Of a stretch of DNA of 64,000 bases, positions 8,627 to 17,019 are shown one piece after another. Within the stretch, counting starts at the first letter, position 1; each line of letters starts with the position of its first letter. Under the pieces are notes generated by a model. It was not told the DNA's origin. It saw only the letters and a program-made list of their open reading frames with translations, and did not search any database. The translations under genes were made by a program, and so were the position numbers. Origin of the DNA: a bacterium (GTDB taxonomy: Bacteria > CLD3 > SB21); the NCBI GenBank assembly GCA_013360215.1, contig JABWCP010000004.1, positions 124,001 through 188,000 of the forward strand, written 5' to 3'.

Positions 8627-11011
8627 ATGAGAAAATGGTTTATTTGTTTAACGTTTGTAATGCTTGTCGATACCGCACAAGCCCAAAAAGAATCCGATTT
8701 TCAAAACGGCGTTGTTGCATATTCCAATGGTCAATACGAACAAGCCGTTGGTTTTTTTGAATCGGCGTTGAAGTATTATAGCAGTATAAAAAAGAAAAAA
8801 TCAGTCGCCGCCGATTGTTATAATTATCTGGGGCTTCTGTATCAGGTGTTAAATCAACACGGTAAGGCCGTCGAAAATTTTAAAGCGGCCGTGCCATTAT
8901 TTATTGAAACAAAAAATAAATCCGGAGCGGCGAGCGCTTTAGGCAACTGGGGAATTTCATCTTATCGCCTCAAACTTGCCGAGTTACGTCAAAACAAGCA
9001 GAGTTTTTCTTTAGAAGATATTGGTTCGCTCATGGCATATCATCTCAAAGCGAAACAATATCACGAAGAATTGAAAGATAAAACCGGAGTTGCAAACGAT
9101 CTCAACAATATCGCCACCATGTATTTTGAAGGTGAGTTTTATGATGAAGCTTCAGACTATCTAAATCAAGCTTTGAAAATTCATTCTGAGATCGGTTACA
9201 AAGCCGGCATGGCTTACGATATGGCTAATCTTGCCCGATTGTATTACAAAACCGACGACGAAGCGGGCGCGTTAAAGTTTTATCAACGCAGTGTAGGGAT
9301 TCTTGAAGAAATAGGAGATCGTGAAGGCGCTTGGCGCACCTATTCATATATCGGTTCGATCTATGAAAGTTTTATGAAGCAGGCTGCCATTTTGAAAGAC
9401 GCACAAAAAGAATCCGAGAATAGAAAATCAGCTATCGTTGCGCTCAAAAAATCGGTCGAAATCATAGAATCTTTCCGTGGAAATTTTACCAATAAAGATT
9501 TTTTTGACAGCTATCTCAAAGACAAGAACCCCGTTTACAAACGATTAATTCGTTTGCTCAAACTTGATGATAATGCGGCAGAAGCGCTTTACTACATTGA
9601 GCGCAGCAAAGCCAAAATGTCCAATGATGTTTTGAGCTCCGGGAAACTCGCATTTAACAATAAAGAAGAACAAAAGCAGGTTGATAAGGTTCAAGATCTG
9701 CAAAAGAAAACCGAAGAACTCGAAAAGAAGATTGCCGATGAAAAAGCCAAACCGGCGGATAAACAAGATAAAGCGCGCATTGACAGTCTTAGCAAGTCAT
9801 TGACCAAAAATCAAGGCGACTTCAATGCTCTGATGATTGATTTGGAAACGAAGTACCCCAATATTTATCAGGTGATCAAAGTTGATCCGATACAGTTAAG
9901 TGATATACAAAAGCAACTCTCCGATGATGTAGTGATTTTAGAATATTTCCCGGCGGACGACGCGCTTTACATTTTTATGATCACCAAGGATAAGATCGAG
10001 GCCAAATCGGTTCCCGTATCATCCACGACGATAGACTCACTTGTTAACAAATATCGCTACTATATCAATGATGTTACTTCTTTGATGAAGCGTGGCCGTT
10101 TTGATACCAAATTGGCAAATTGGAAACAAGGTGAAGACTCACGTTTTTATGAACGTCATACCAAACCGCTGCGCGACATTATGGTAAAATTGAATGACTA
10201 TTTGATTTTACCGGTTTGGGAAACCATCAAAGATGCAAAATATAAAAACGTAACTATAATCCCGGCTGCAAGTTTGTATTATGTTCCGTTCCAGTGTTTG
10301 GCCACTGAAACCCAAGATGGGGACATATCCTTTTTGGTAGAGAAAAAAGCCGTGAATTATCTTACGGCCGCAACTCTGATGGATATCATCAACAAGAAAA
10401 AACAGAACAAAATCAATAATGTTCTTGTTTTTGGAAATCCGGACGGAAGTTTACCCGGGGCAGAAGAAGAAGCTAAAATCATCAAAGCGGCTTATACCGA
10501 TGCCTTGCTATACAAAAATCAAGACGCAACAAAAGATAAAGCCAAAGATCTTTCAGGCAATACCGAAGTTGTACATTTTGCAACACACGGGTTTTTATCC
10601 AGCGATGAACCTCAAAAATCGTTTTTATTGATGGCGCCTAATAAGGCAAAAAATGAAGACGATAAACTGACTATCAGTGAAATTCTCAAAATGCCTTTAA
10701 AAGAAAAAAATGAACTGGTCGTTTTATCGGCATGTAATACCTCTATGGGTAAAAGCGCAACTGGTGTAGAACTTATAAGCCTTTCGCGTGCGTTTGCGAT
10801 TGCCGGTGCACCGACGACGGTTGCAACATTGTGGCCGGTAGATGATGAATCAACTAAAATAATCATGGTCAATTTTTATGATGGACTGAAAAAAGGATTG
10901 GCCAAATCAGAAGCTATGCGACAAGCACAAATCGCATTAATCCGTAAAGGTGATTACCATATCCACCCGTTTTTCTGGGCACCCTACGTCATGATCGGCA
11001 ACCCCAAATAA
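8627..11011 (+). CDS. Signal-peptide-bearing TPR-CHAT (caspase/separase-like) cysteine protease
   Basis: Signal peptide ending AQA|Q; TPR repeats; ERSKAK motif; IIPAASLYYVPFQCL; catalytic VVHFATHG and VVLSACNT; ATLWPVDD; HPFFWAPY. Confidence 0.92.
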   Translation: MRKWFICLTFVMLVDTAQAQKESDFQNGVVAYSNGQYEQAVGFFESALKYYSSIKKKKSVAADCYNYLGLLYQVLNQHGKAVENFKAAVPLFIETKNKSGAASALGNWGISSYRLKLAELRQNKQSFSLEDIGSLMAYHLKAKQYHEELKDKTGVANDLNNIATMYFEGEFYDEASDYLNQALKIHSEIGYKAGMAYDMANLARLYYKTDDEAGALKFYQRSVGILEEIGDREGAWRTYSYIGSIYESFMKQAAILKDAQKESENRKSAIVALKKSVEIIESFRGNFTNKDFFDSYLKDKNPVYKRLIRLLKLDDNAAEALYYIERSKAKMSNDVLSSGKLAFNNKEEQKQVDKVQDLQKKTEELEKKIADEKAKPADKQDKARIDSLSKSLTKNQGDFNALMIDLETKYPNIYQVIKVDPIQLSDIQKQLSDDVVILEYFPADDALYIFMITKDKIEAKSVPVSSTTIDSLVNKYRYYINDVTSLMKRGRFDTKLANWKQGEDSRFYERHTKPLRDIMVKLNDYLILPVWETIKDAKYKNVTIIPAASLYYVPFQCLATETQDGDISFLVEKKAVNYLTAATLMDIINKKKQNKINNVLVFGNPDGSLPGAEEEAKIIKAAYTDALLYKNQDATKDKAKDLSGNTEVVHFATHGFLSSDEPQKSFLLMAPNKAKNEDDKLTISEILKMPLKEKNELVVLSACNTSMGKSATGVELISLSRAFAIAGAPTTVATLWPVDDESTKIIMVNFYDGLKKGLAKSEAMRQAQIALIRKGDYHIHPFFWAPYVMIGNPK

Positions 11012-11027
11012 TTAAACACATTCAATG

Positions 11028-11067
11028 ATAAAAATCCCCGTTTGCATTTGCAGGCGGGGATTTTTAT
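11028..11067 (+). terminator. Intrinsic, possibly bidirectional, terminator closing the LPP20-like/CHAT operon
   Basis: ATAAAAATCCCCG...CGGGGATTTTTAT inverted repeat. Confidence 0.85.
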
Positions 11068-11098
11068 TATGTATGAGCAATTCAAAAAGCCGCAAATC

Positions 11099-11749
11099 AT
11101 GTTCGGGTTTTTCTCAAAAAAAGCAAAAAAACCAATCCGAGAGGATGATGTTATTTGGCAAGCTGAAGATATAAAGATACATAATCTGATTTTGGGCTTG
11201 GCCGATTATTCTCATGACTCAGACGGTATTATGATCATTGCTCACTTTCCAAAAACTTTAGAGCAACTTGTAGTATCAGCTAAAAAAAATAATTTAATTT
11301 TAAAAGAATTGCATGCAATAACCGATGCAGATCGTTGGGCGACCGGTTATTATAATGATCCTGTGGTGATCTTATCAAAAGCAATCCATGTGTCTCCAAA
11401 CCAACCGCCTGCCGTGCAGGAAGAAAAGAAGAAAAAAATCATTGTAGCAGAGCATTTTCCTACACCGGAAAAAGACATTTTGCTAATGAATTGGGCTATA
11501 AACGTGAAAGCAGAAAGCATTCAATGGTATGAATCTACGGACAGCCCGATTTTCACTCGATTTGGTGGTGATCAAATAAGAATTTTAGCCGAAAAATTGG
11601 GTTGGAAACAAAATGAATCGATGCAACATCGGTTTATTACCTCATCCATAGGTTCCATGCAAGAAAAGATACTTCGCAAATCTACCGGAGATGGCGACGC
11701 TGAAGACATCATGCAATGGTTTAAATCGTATGTTCCATCATCGTTATAA
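11099..11749 (+). CDS. Hypothetical protein resembling a degenerate stand-alone SecA NBD2 segment
   Basis: WYESTDSPIFTRFGGDQIRILAEKLGWKQNESMQHRFITSSIGSMQEKI resembles SecA FYLSLEDDLMRIFGSDRI...LG..E.IEH..ITKAIENAQKKVE. Confidence 0.55.
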   Translation: MFGFFSKKAKKPIREDDVIWQAEDIKIHNLILGLADYSHDSDGIMIIAHFPKTLEQLVVSAKKNNLILKELHAITDADRWATGYYNDPVVILSKAIHVSPNQPPAVQEEKKKKIIVAEHFPTPEKDILLMNWAINVKAESIQWYESTDSPIFTRFGGDQIRILAEKLGWKQNESMQHRFITSSIGSMQEKILRKSTGDGDAEDIMQWFKSYVPSSL

Positions 11750-11769
11750 AATATTTTAGGAGGTAAATC

Positions 11770-12390
11770 ATGGGTCAGCTCACCGCTTTTAATTTTAAAA
11801 AATGGATAAATGAGCATCGTTATCTCCTCAAACCGCCAGTCGGAAATCAGGTGGTTTGGAAAGACACGGATTTTATAATCATGGTCGTCGGTGGACCTAA
11901 TGCGCGTAAGGATTACCATTATAATGAAGGCGAAGAATTCTATTATCAATTGGAAGGCAACATCACACTGAAAATTATCGAAAACGGTAAACCGCGAGAT
12001 GTCAAAATCAATGAAGGAGATATTTTTCTTCTGCCACCTCGAACTCCTCATTCACCGCAAAGGCCGGCGAATACAGTCGGTTTAGTCATCGAAAAAAAAC
12101 GTGCCACGGAAGAAAAAGACGGATGCATATGGTTTTGTGAGAAATGCGGCACGAAGCTTTATGAGGAATACTTTTATCTTACCAATATTGTAACACAACT
12201 TCCGCCGGTATTTGATCGGTTTTATGGAAATCCAGAGCATTGTACATGCAAAAATTGCGGTACCAAAATGGAACGTCCGGTATTGCCCGTTGCAAAAGAA
12301 AAACAAAAATCTAAAAGACAAAAAATCAAAAAGAATAATGTCATAAAAAAGAAAACAAAAAAGCCGGCCAAATCCGTAAAGAGGAAATAA
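11770..12390 (+). CDS. nbaC: 3-hydroxyanthranilate 3,4-dioxygenase with Lys-rich tail
   Basis: LKPPVGN, VGGPNARKDYH, EEFYYQLEG, PHSPQR, two CxxC rubredoxin-like pairs. Confidence 0.93.
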   Translation: MGQLTAFNFKKWINEHRYLLKPPVGNQVVWKDTDFIIMVVGGPNARKDYHYNEGEEFYYQLEGNITLKIIENGKPRDVKINEGDIFLLPPRTPHSPQRPANTVGLVIEKKRATEEKDGCIWFCEKCGTKLYEEYFYLTNIVTQLPPVFDRFYGNPEHCTCKNCGTKMERPVLPVAKEKQKSKRQKIKKNNVIKKKTKKPAKSVKRK

Positions 12391-12403
12391 CCCGAAAAAT
12401 TTT

Positions 12404-12991
12404 ATGCTTCTGGATCAAGTTTTACCTGATTATCATGCGCGGGCACAGTATCAAATTTTGATTCCATGCAAACGCGATGTCGTTTGGAAGACGCTTATGG
12501 ATATGGATTTGACTAGCATTCGTACTCTTCAATTGCTGATGGGGTTACGAAGCATACCGGCTTGGCTGATGGGTAAATCAAAACCGCAGTTAAAAAAACA
12601 TACCCTGCATGATCTGAGTGATTCGGGAATGAATGTGATTTCAGAGGTCAAAGGATCTGAAATTGTACTGGGCATAATCGGAAAGTTTTGGCAAATAAGC
12701 GCCAATGTAAGAACCGACATACCTGCGGAACGGTTTGTTTCATGTTCAGAAAACGATTTGGCTAAAGCCGCCTGGAATTTTTTTCTCACAGAAACGAACG
12801 GTATTACGACGGTTTATACCGAAACGCGAATATTTTGTCGCGAGCAAAAAACGCGACGCAAATTCAGATTATATTGGACATTAATCGGGCCATTTAGCGG
12901 TTTGATTCGCATTGCTCTTTTGAGAAAACTTCGGTCGAACACCATTCGGTACGAGAAAAAAACTCTTGATACCGGGTACGCAAAAAAATAA
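12404..12991 (+). CDS. Conserved hypothetical protein (DUF2867-like)
   Basis: EIVLGIIGKFW, AKAAWNF, TETR, FRLYWTLIGPFSGLIR. Confidence 0.5.
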   Translation: MLLDQVLPDYHARAQYQILIPCKRDVVWKTLMDMDLTSIRTLQLLMGLRSIPAWLMGKSKPQLKKHTLHDLSDSGMNVISEVKGSEIVLGIIGKFWQISANVRTDIPAERFVSCSENDLAKAAWNFFLTETNGITTVYTETRIFCREQKTRRKFRLYWTLIGPFSGLIRIALLRKLRSNTIRYEKKTLDTGYAKK

Positions 12992-12995
12992 ATAT

Positions 12996-14009
12996 ATGAT
13001 CAAAATAGATATTCATACTCATATTCTGCCCGAGAAACTTCCTGATTTTGCCAAGAAATTTGGATATGGAGGTTTTGTGTCTTTGGAACATCACAAACCG
13101 TCGTGTGCCAGAATGATCGTTGACGGTAAGTTTTTTCGCGAGATAGAGTCCAACTGCTGGGATCCGCATGTACGCATAAAAGAGAGCACCGGGCATGGTG
13201 TAAATATGCAGGTTTTATCAACCATTCCGGTTATGTTTAGTTATTGGGCAAAACCGCAAGATGGTTTGGATATTTCTATATTTCTAAATGACCATATTGC
13301 AGAAATAGTTAGGCAGTTTCCTCATCGCTTTAGTGGATTGGGTACGGTTCCTTTGCAAGCACCGGATTTGGCAATTGCTGAATTAGAGCGATGTATGAAA
13401 ATTGGACTTAAGGGCGTACAGATCGGATCTCACGTCAATGAGTGGAATCTTAACGATGAACGGTTATTCCCATTTTTCCAAGCAGCAGAAAAAATGGGCG
13501 CTGCGATTTTTGTACACCCCTGGGATATGATGGGTCAGGATCGGATGTCCAAGTATTGGTTGCCGTGGCTCGTTGGGATGCCGGCCGAAACTTCGCTCGC
13601 GATCTGTTCGATGATTTTTGGCGGCGTTTTTGAACGTTTACCCAATTTGCGTGTGGCATTTGCACACGGCGGAGGGTCTTTTCCTTCGACGATCGGACGA
13701 ATCGAACACGGGTTTCATTGTCGTCCCGATCTTGTAGCCGTAGATAACAAACGGAATCCGCGGGAATATCTCGGAAAATTTTATTTTGATTCCTTAGTAC
13801 ATGATGCGCGCATGTTGCATTATTTGATCGAACTTGTCGGAGAAAAAAGAATCGCTTTGGGGTCCGATTATCCATTCCCGCTCGGTGAAGAAATTCCGGG
13901 ATCATTAGTCGAATCCATGAACGACTTATCTGAAAATATCAAAGAACGAATACTAAGTGGTACCGCAGCCGAGTGGCTTAATATCAATCTTGAAACTCTA
14001 CGGGGTTAA
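12996..14009 (+). CDS. nbaD: 2-amino-3-carboxymuconate-6-semialdehyde decarboxylase (ACMSD)
   Basis: IDIHTHILP, FVHPWDM, WLVGMPAET, AHGGGSFP, LGSDYPFPLGE; pathway context. Confidence 0.9.
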   Translation: MIKIDIHTHILPEKLPDFAKKFGYGGFVSLEHHKPSCARMIVDGKFFREIESNCWDPHVRIKESTGHGVNMQVLSTIPVMFSYWAKPQDGLDISIFLNDHIAEIVRQFPHRFSGLGTVPLQAPDLAIAELERCMKIGLKGVQIGSHVNEWNLNDERLFPFFQAAEKMGAAIFVHPWDMMGQDRMSKYWLPWLVGMPAETSLAICSMIFGGVFERLPNLRVAFAHGGGSFPSTIGRIEHGFHCRPDLVAVDNKRNPREYLGKFYFDSLVHDARMLHYLIELVGEKRIALGSDYPFPLGEEIPGSLVESMNDLSENIKERILSGTAAEWLNINLETLRG

Positions 14010-14012
14010 TAA

Positions 14013-14855
14013 ATGATGCAGATATTTATTAATTGTAATGATGCGGAATACACTATAGATCTTAACAGCCCGTTGGATATTTCAATACCCGTATATTTTG
14101 ATGGCTTGCAACCTAATACTTATGGTGTTCCTGCCGCATCTGCAAGATCTTATGAAGACGGGAAATTTGTAGGTGACGTACGAAGAGGCGGAAGTTGCAA
14201 TTTTGAAGAATACCGCATCGTCCCGCATTGTAATGGTACACATACCGAATGTGTGGGGCATATCAGTAGAGAACGTATTGCAATCAACACCTATTTTGAT
14301 AGACTTTTGATTCCTGCAACACTCATTACGATCGAACCAGAAAAAGCTGTAAATTCGGCCGAGACATACACACCGGATAAGCAGAGCGCGGATCTTATTA
14401 TCACAGCTAAAAGTCTTTTTTATAAACTTCATACTTTGCCTCGTGAATTTATGTCGGCCCTTGTTATTCGGACAACGCCAAACGATCCAACCAAAAAATC
14501 GCGCAATTATATGGAGGAGAACCCTCCATTTTTTTCTCTAGAGGCAATGGATTATCTTTTTGAGATCGGTGTAGAGCATCTATTAGTGGATACACCTTCG
14601 ATAGATCGTTTATTTGATGAAGGCAAGTTGTCAGCGCATCATGTTTTTTGGGGAGTACCTCAAGGATCACACGATATTCATCCGGAGGTGCATTCACGCA
14701 AAACCATTACTGAAATGATATATGTTGATAATAGTATTGCCGACGGTAATTATTTCATAAACATACAGATTCCTAACTTTGTTGCTGATGCGGCCCCAAG
14801 TCGTATTTTGATGTATCAGGCACAACAAAAAATAAATTACTCCCATAAAACATGA
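14013..14855 (+). CDS. kynB: Cyclase-family metal hydrolase, probable kynurenine formamidase
   Basis: HCNGTHTECVGH, LLVDTPSIDR, TITEMIYV, DAAPSR; overlaps the kynU start. Confidence 0.7.
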   Translation: MMQIFINCNDAEYTIDLNSPLDISIPVYFDGLQPNTYGVPAASARSYEDGKFVGDVRRGGSCNFEEYRIVPHCNGTHTECVGHISRERIAINTYFDRLLIPATLITIEPEKAVNSAETYTPDKQSADLIITAKSLFYKLHTLPREFMSALVIRTTPNDPTKKSRNYMEENPPFFSLEAMDYLFEIGVEHLLVDTPSIDRLFDEGKLSAHHVFWGVPQGSHDIHPEVHSRKTITEMIYVDNSIADGNYFINIQIPNFVADAAPSRILMYQAQQKINYSHKT

Positions 14856-16114
14856 ATTTCGAAAACAGCGTTGGTTTTGCTCAAAAATTAGATCAAGAAG
14901 ATTCCTTAAAAGAATTTCGTTCACGGTTTCATATTCCCCTTTATAAGGACGGAACTCAATCTATTTATTTTTGCGGCAACTCGCTTGGTCTTCAACCTAA
15001 ATCCGTACGTTCTTATATCGAACAAGAACTCAAAGATTGGGAAACTCTCGGAGTCGAAGGGCATTTTCATGCCAAAAATCCGTGGATGCCTTATCATGAA
15101 TTTTTGACTGCAAAAGCGGCAAAAATAGTCGGTGCTAATGAACACGAAGTGGTGCATATGAATTCGCTAACGACTAATTTGCATCTATTGATGGTTTCGT
15201 TTTACAGGCCGACCAAAGAAAGACATAAAATACTGATTGAAAAAACAGCGTTTCCATCCGATCAATATGCCGTACAGTCACAAATTCGCTTTCATGGTTA
15301 TGATCCCAAAACAGCGTTAGTAGAAATAATGCCAAGAGATGGCGAAGAAATTCTACGAACAGATGATATTGAAGAATATATTCAATCTCACGGCCATGAA
15401 ATAGCTTTGATTTTATTGGGCGGAGTTAATTACTACACAGGACAGGCCTTAGATATGCCACGCATTACAGCAGTAGGGCATAGTGCCGGTTGTTTAGTAG
15501 GATTTGATTTGGCACATGCTGCAGGTAATATTATTTTGAGTTTACATGATTGGAACGTGGATTTTGCAGCGTGGTGTTCGTATAAATATCTGAATTCCGG
15601 TCCCGGGGGTATATCGGGAATATACATACACGAAAACCACACACGTAATCACAACATACCTCGTTTTGCGGGATGGTGGGGGCATGATAAAAAAACAAGA
15701 TTCCTAATGAAGCCCGATTTTGTACCTATCCCGACGGCGGAATCTTGGCAACTAAGTAATGCGCCTGTGTTATTGATGGCTTCATTGCGTGCATCTTTGG
15801 ATATATTCGATGAAGCGGGTATGGATCGCCTAAGAAAAAAGAGCCTTCTTCTTACGGGTTATCTTGAATATTTGATCCATGATATAAAAACCGATAATTT
15901 TGCATTGATCACTCCATCAGATTCTTCTCAGCGCGGCTGTCAAATTTCAATACAAACCAAACGAAACGGAAAAAGGCTATTTGAAAATCTGAGTGAAGCA
16001 GGGATAATCGCAGACTGGCGTGAACCTGATGTCGTTCGAGTTGCACCGGTGCCGTTGTATAATTCCTTTCTTGATGTGTATAGATTTGCTGAAATTTTGA
16101 GAAAGCACTCCTAA
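14852..16114 (+). CDS. kynU: Kynureninase
   Basis: YFCGNSLGLQP, FDLAHAAGN, WCSYKYLNSGPG (PLP lysine), DWREPDVVRVAPVPLYN. Confidence 0.95.
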   Translation: MNFENSVGFAQKLDQEDSLKEFRSRFHIPLYKDGTQSIYFCGNSLGLQPKSVRSYIEQELKDWETLGVEGHFHAKNPWMPYHEFLTAKAAKIVGANEHEVVHMNSLTTNLHLLMVSFYRPTKERHKILIEKTAFPSDQYAVQSQIRFHGYDPKTALVEIMPRDGEEILRTDDIEEYIQSHGHEIALILLGGVNYYTGQALDMPRITAVGHSAGCLVGFDLAHAAGNIILSLHDWNVDFAAWCSYKYLNSGPGGISGIYIHENHTRNHNIPRFAGWWGHDKKTRFLMKPDFVPIPTAESWQLSNAPVLLMASLRASLDIFDEAGMDRLRKKSLLLTGYLEYLIHDIKTDNFALITPSDSSQRGCQISIQTKRNGKRLFENLSEAGIIADWREPDVVRVAPVPLYNSFLDVYRFAEILRKHS

Positions 16115-16151
16115 TTAATAATAAAAGTTAATAATTAAAGGGCAAATTATT

Positions 16152-17015
16152 ATGAAAAAACTTCTCTATGCAGCGATGTGGGTCATTGTTGTGGTTTTGT
16201 CTTGTCGTCAACCGCAAACACATCAACCGTTATCAACGAAAGACGGTGTAACAATAGATTATAGAGTAGTAGGTCAAGGGGATACGACGATCCTGTTTCT
16301 TCATGGATGGGGTATAAATCAGACCTACTGGGACCAGCAAGCAGCACATTTTGGTAAAAAATATAAGGCCGTATCTTTAGATTTGCCGGGTTTTGGCAAA
16401 TCCGGAAAAAATCGCGAAGCTTGGACTATTGAAAATTACGCTGAAGATGTTGCTCACGCAATTAAAACATTGGGACTACAAAATGTTATCCTCGTAGGGC
16501 ATTCGATGTCAGGTAGTATAGTTGTCGAAACAGCCGTTCGTTTTCCTTCAAACATCATTGGTGTTATCGGAGTGGATAATTTTAAAGATGTTGGCCACAT
16601 ATCTTTACCAGAAGAAAAAGCCGGCTTAGATACTTTTATGCACTATTTAGGCGTAGATTTTGTCGGGACGATCACAGCATCGGCAGAAGGAACATTATAT
16701 TCAGTCCAAACCGATTCGACGATTCGCAAGCGGATTTTGAATGATGTTATCACCGGAAACGCAATTGTTTCAAAAAAAGTACTGAATGCTGTTTTTTCAT
16801 ATGGTTCAAAAGAAGTTGAGATGTTAAAAAAACTGCCTTATAAACTATTTTTGATAAACAGCGATAATCAGCCGACGGAGACGAGGGTACTTTCACAAAT
16901 AATCACACATTCATGTGAGGTGTTTACTGTTCATGCGACCAGTCATTACCCGATGATTGAGAATGCAGAAGATTTTAACCGACAATTGGAAACTATCATC
17001 TCAAAATTAAAATAA
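16152..17015 (+). CDS. Alpha/beta hydrolase, probable lipoprotein
   Basis: Lipobox VLS|C; FLHGWG, DLPGFGKS, GHSMSG nucleophile elbow, SHYPMIE. Confidence 0.8.
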   Translation: MKKLLYAAMWVIVVVLSCRQPQTHQPLSTKDGVTIDYRVVGQGDTTILFLHGWGINQTYWDQQAAHFGKKYKAVSLDLPGFGKSGKNREAWTIENYAEDVAHAIKTLGLQNVILVGHSMSGSIVVETAVRFPSNIIGVIGVDNFKDVGHISLPEEKAGLDTFMHYLGVDFVGTITASAEGTLYSVQTDSTIRKRILNDVITGNAIVSKKVLNAVFSYGSKEVEMLKKLPYKLFLINSDNQPTETRVLSQIITHSCEVFTVHATSHYPMIENAEDFNRQLETIISKLK

Positions 17016-17019
17016 TACT

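Noticed and set aside
8627-11011. TPR-CHAT as part of a type III-E CRISPR (Craspase) locus
   Set aside because: No cas7-11, csx30/csx31, cas1 or repeat-spacer array in the window, and the protein has a signal peptide.
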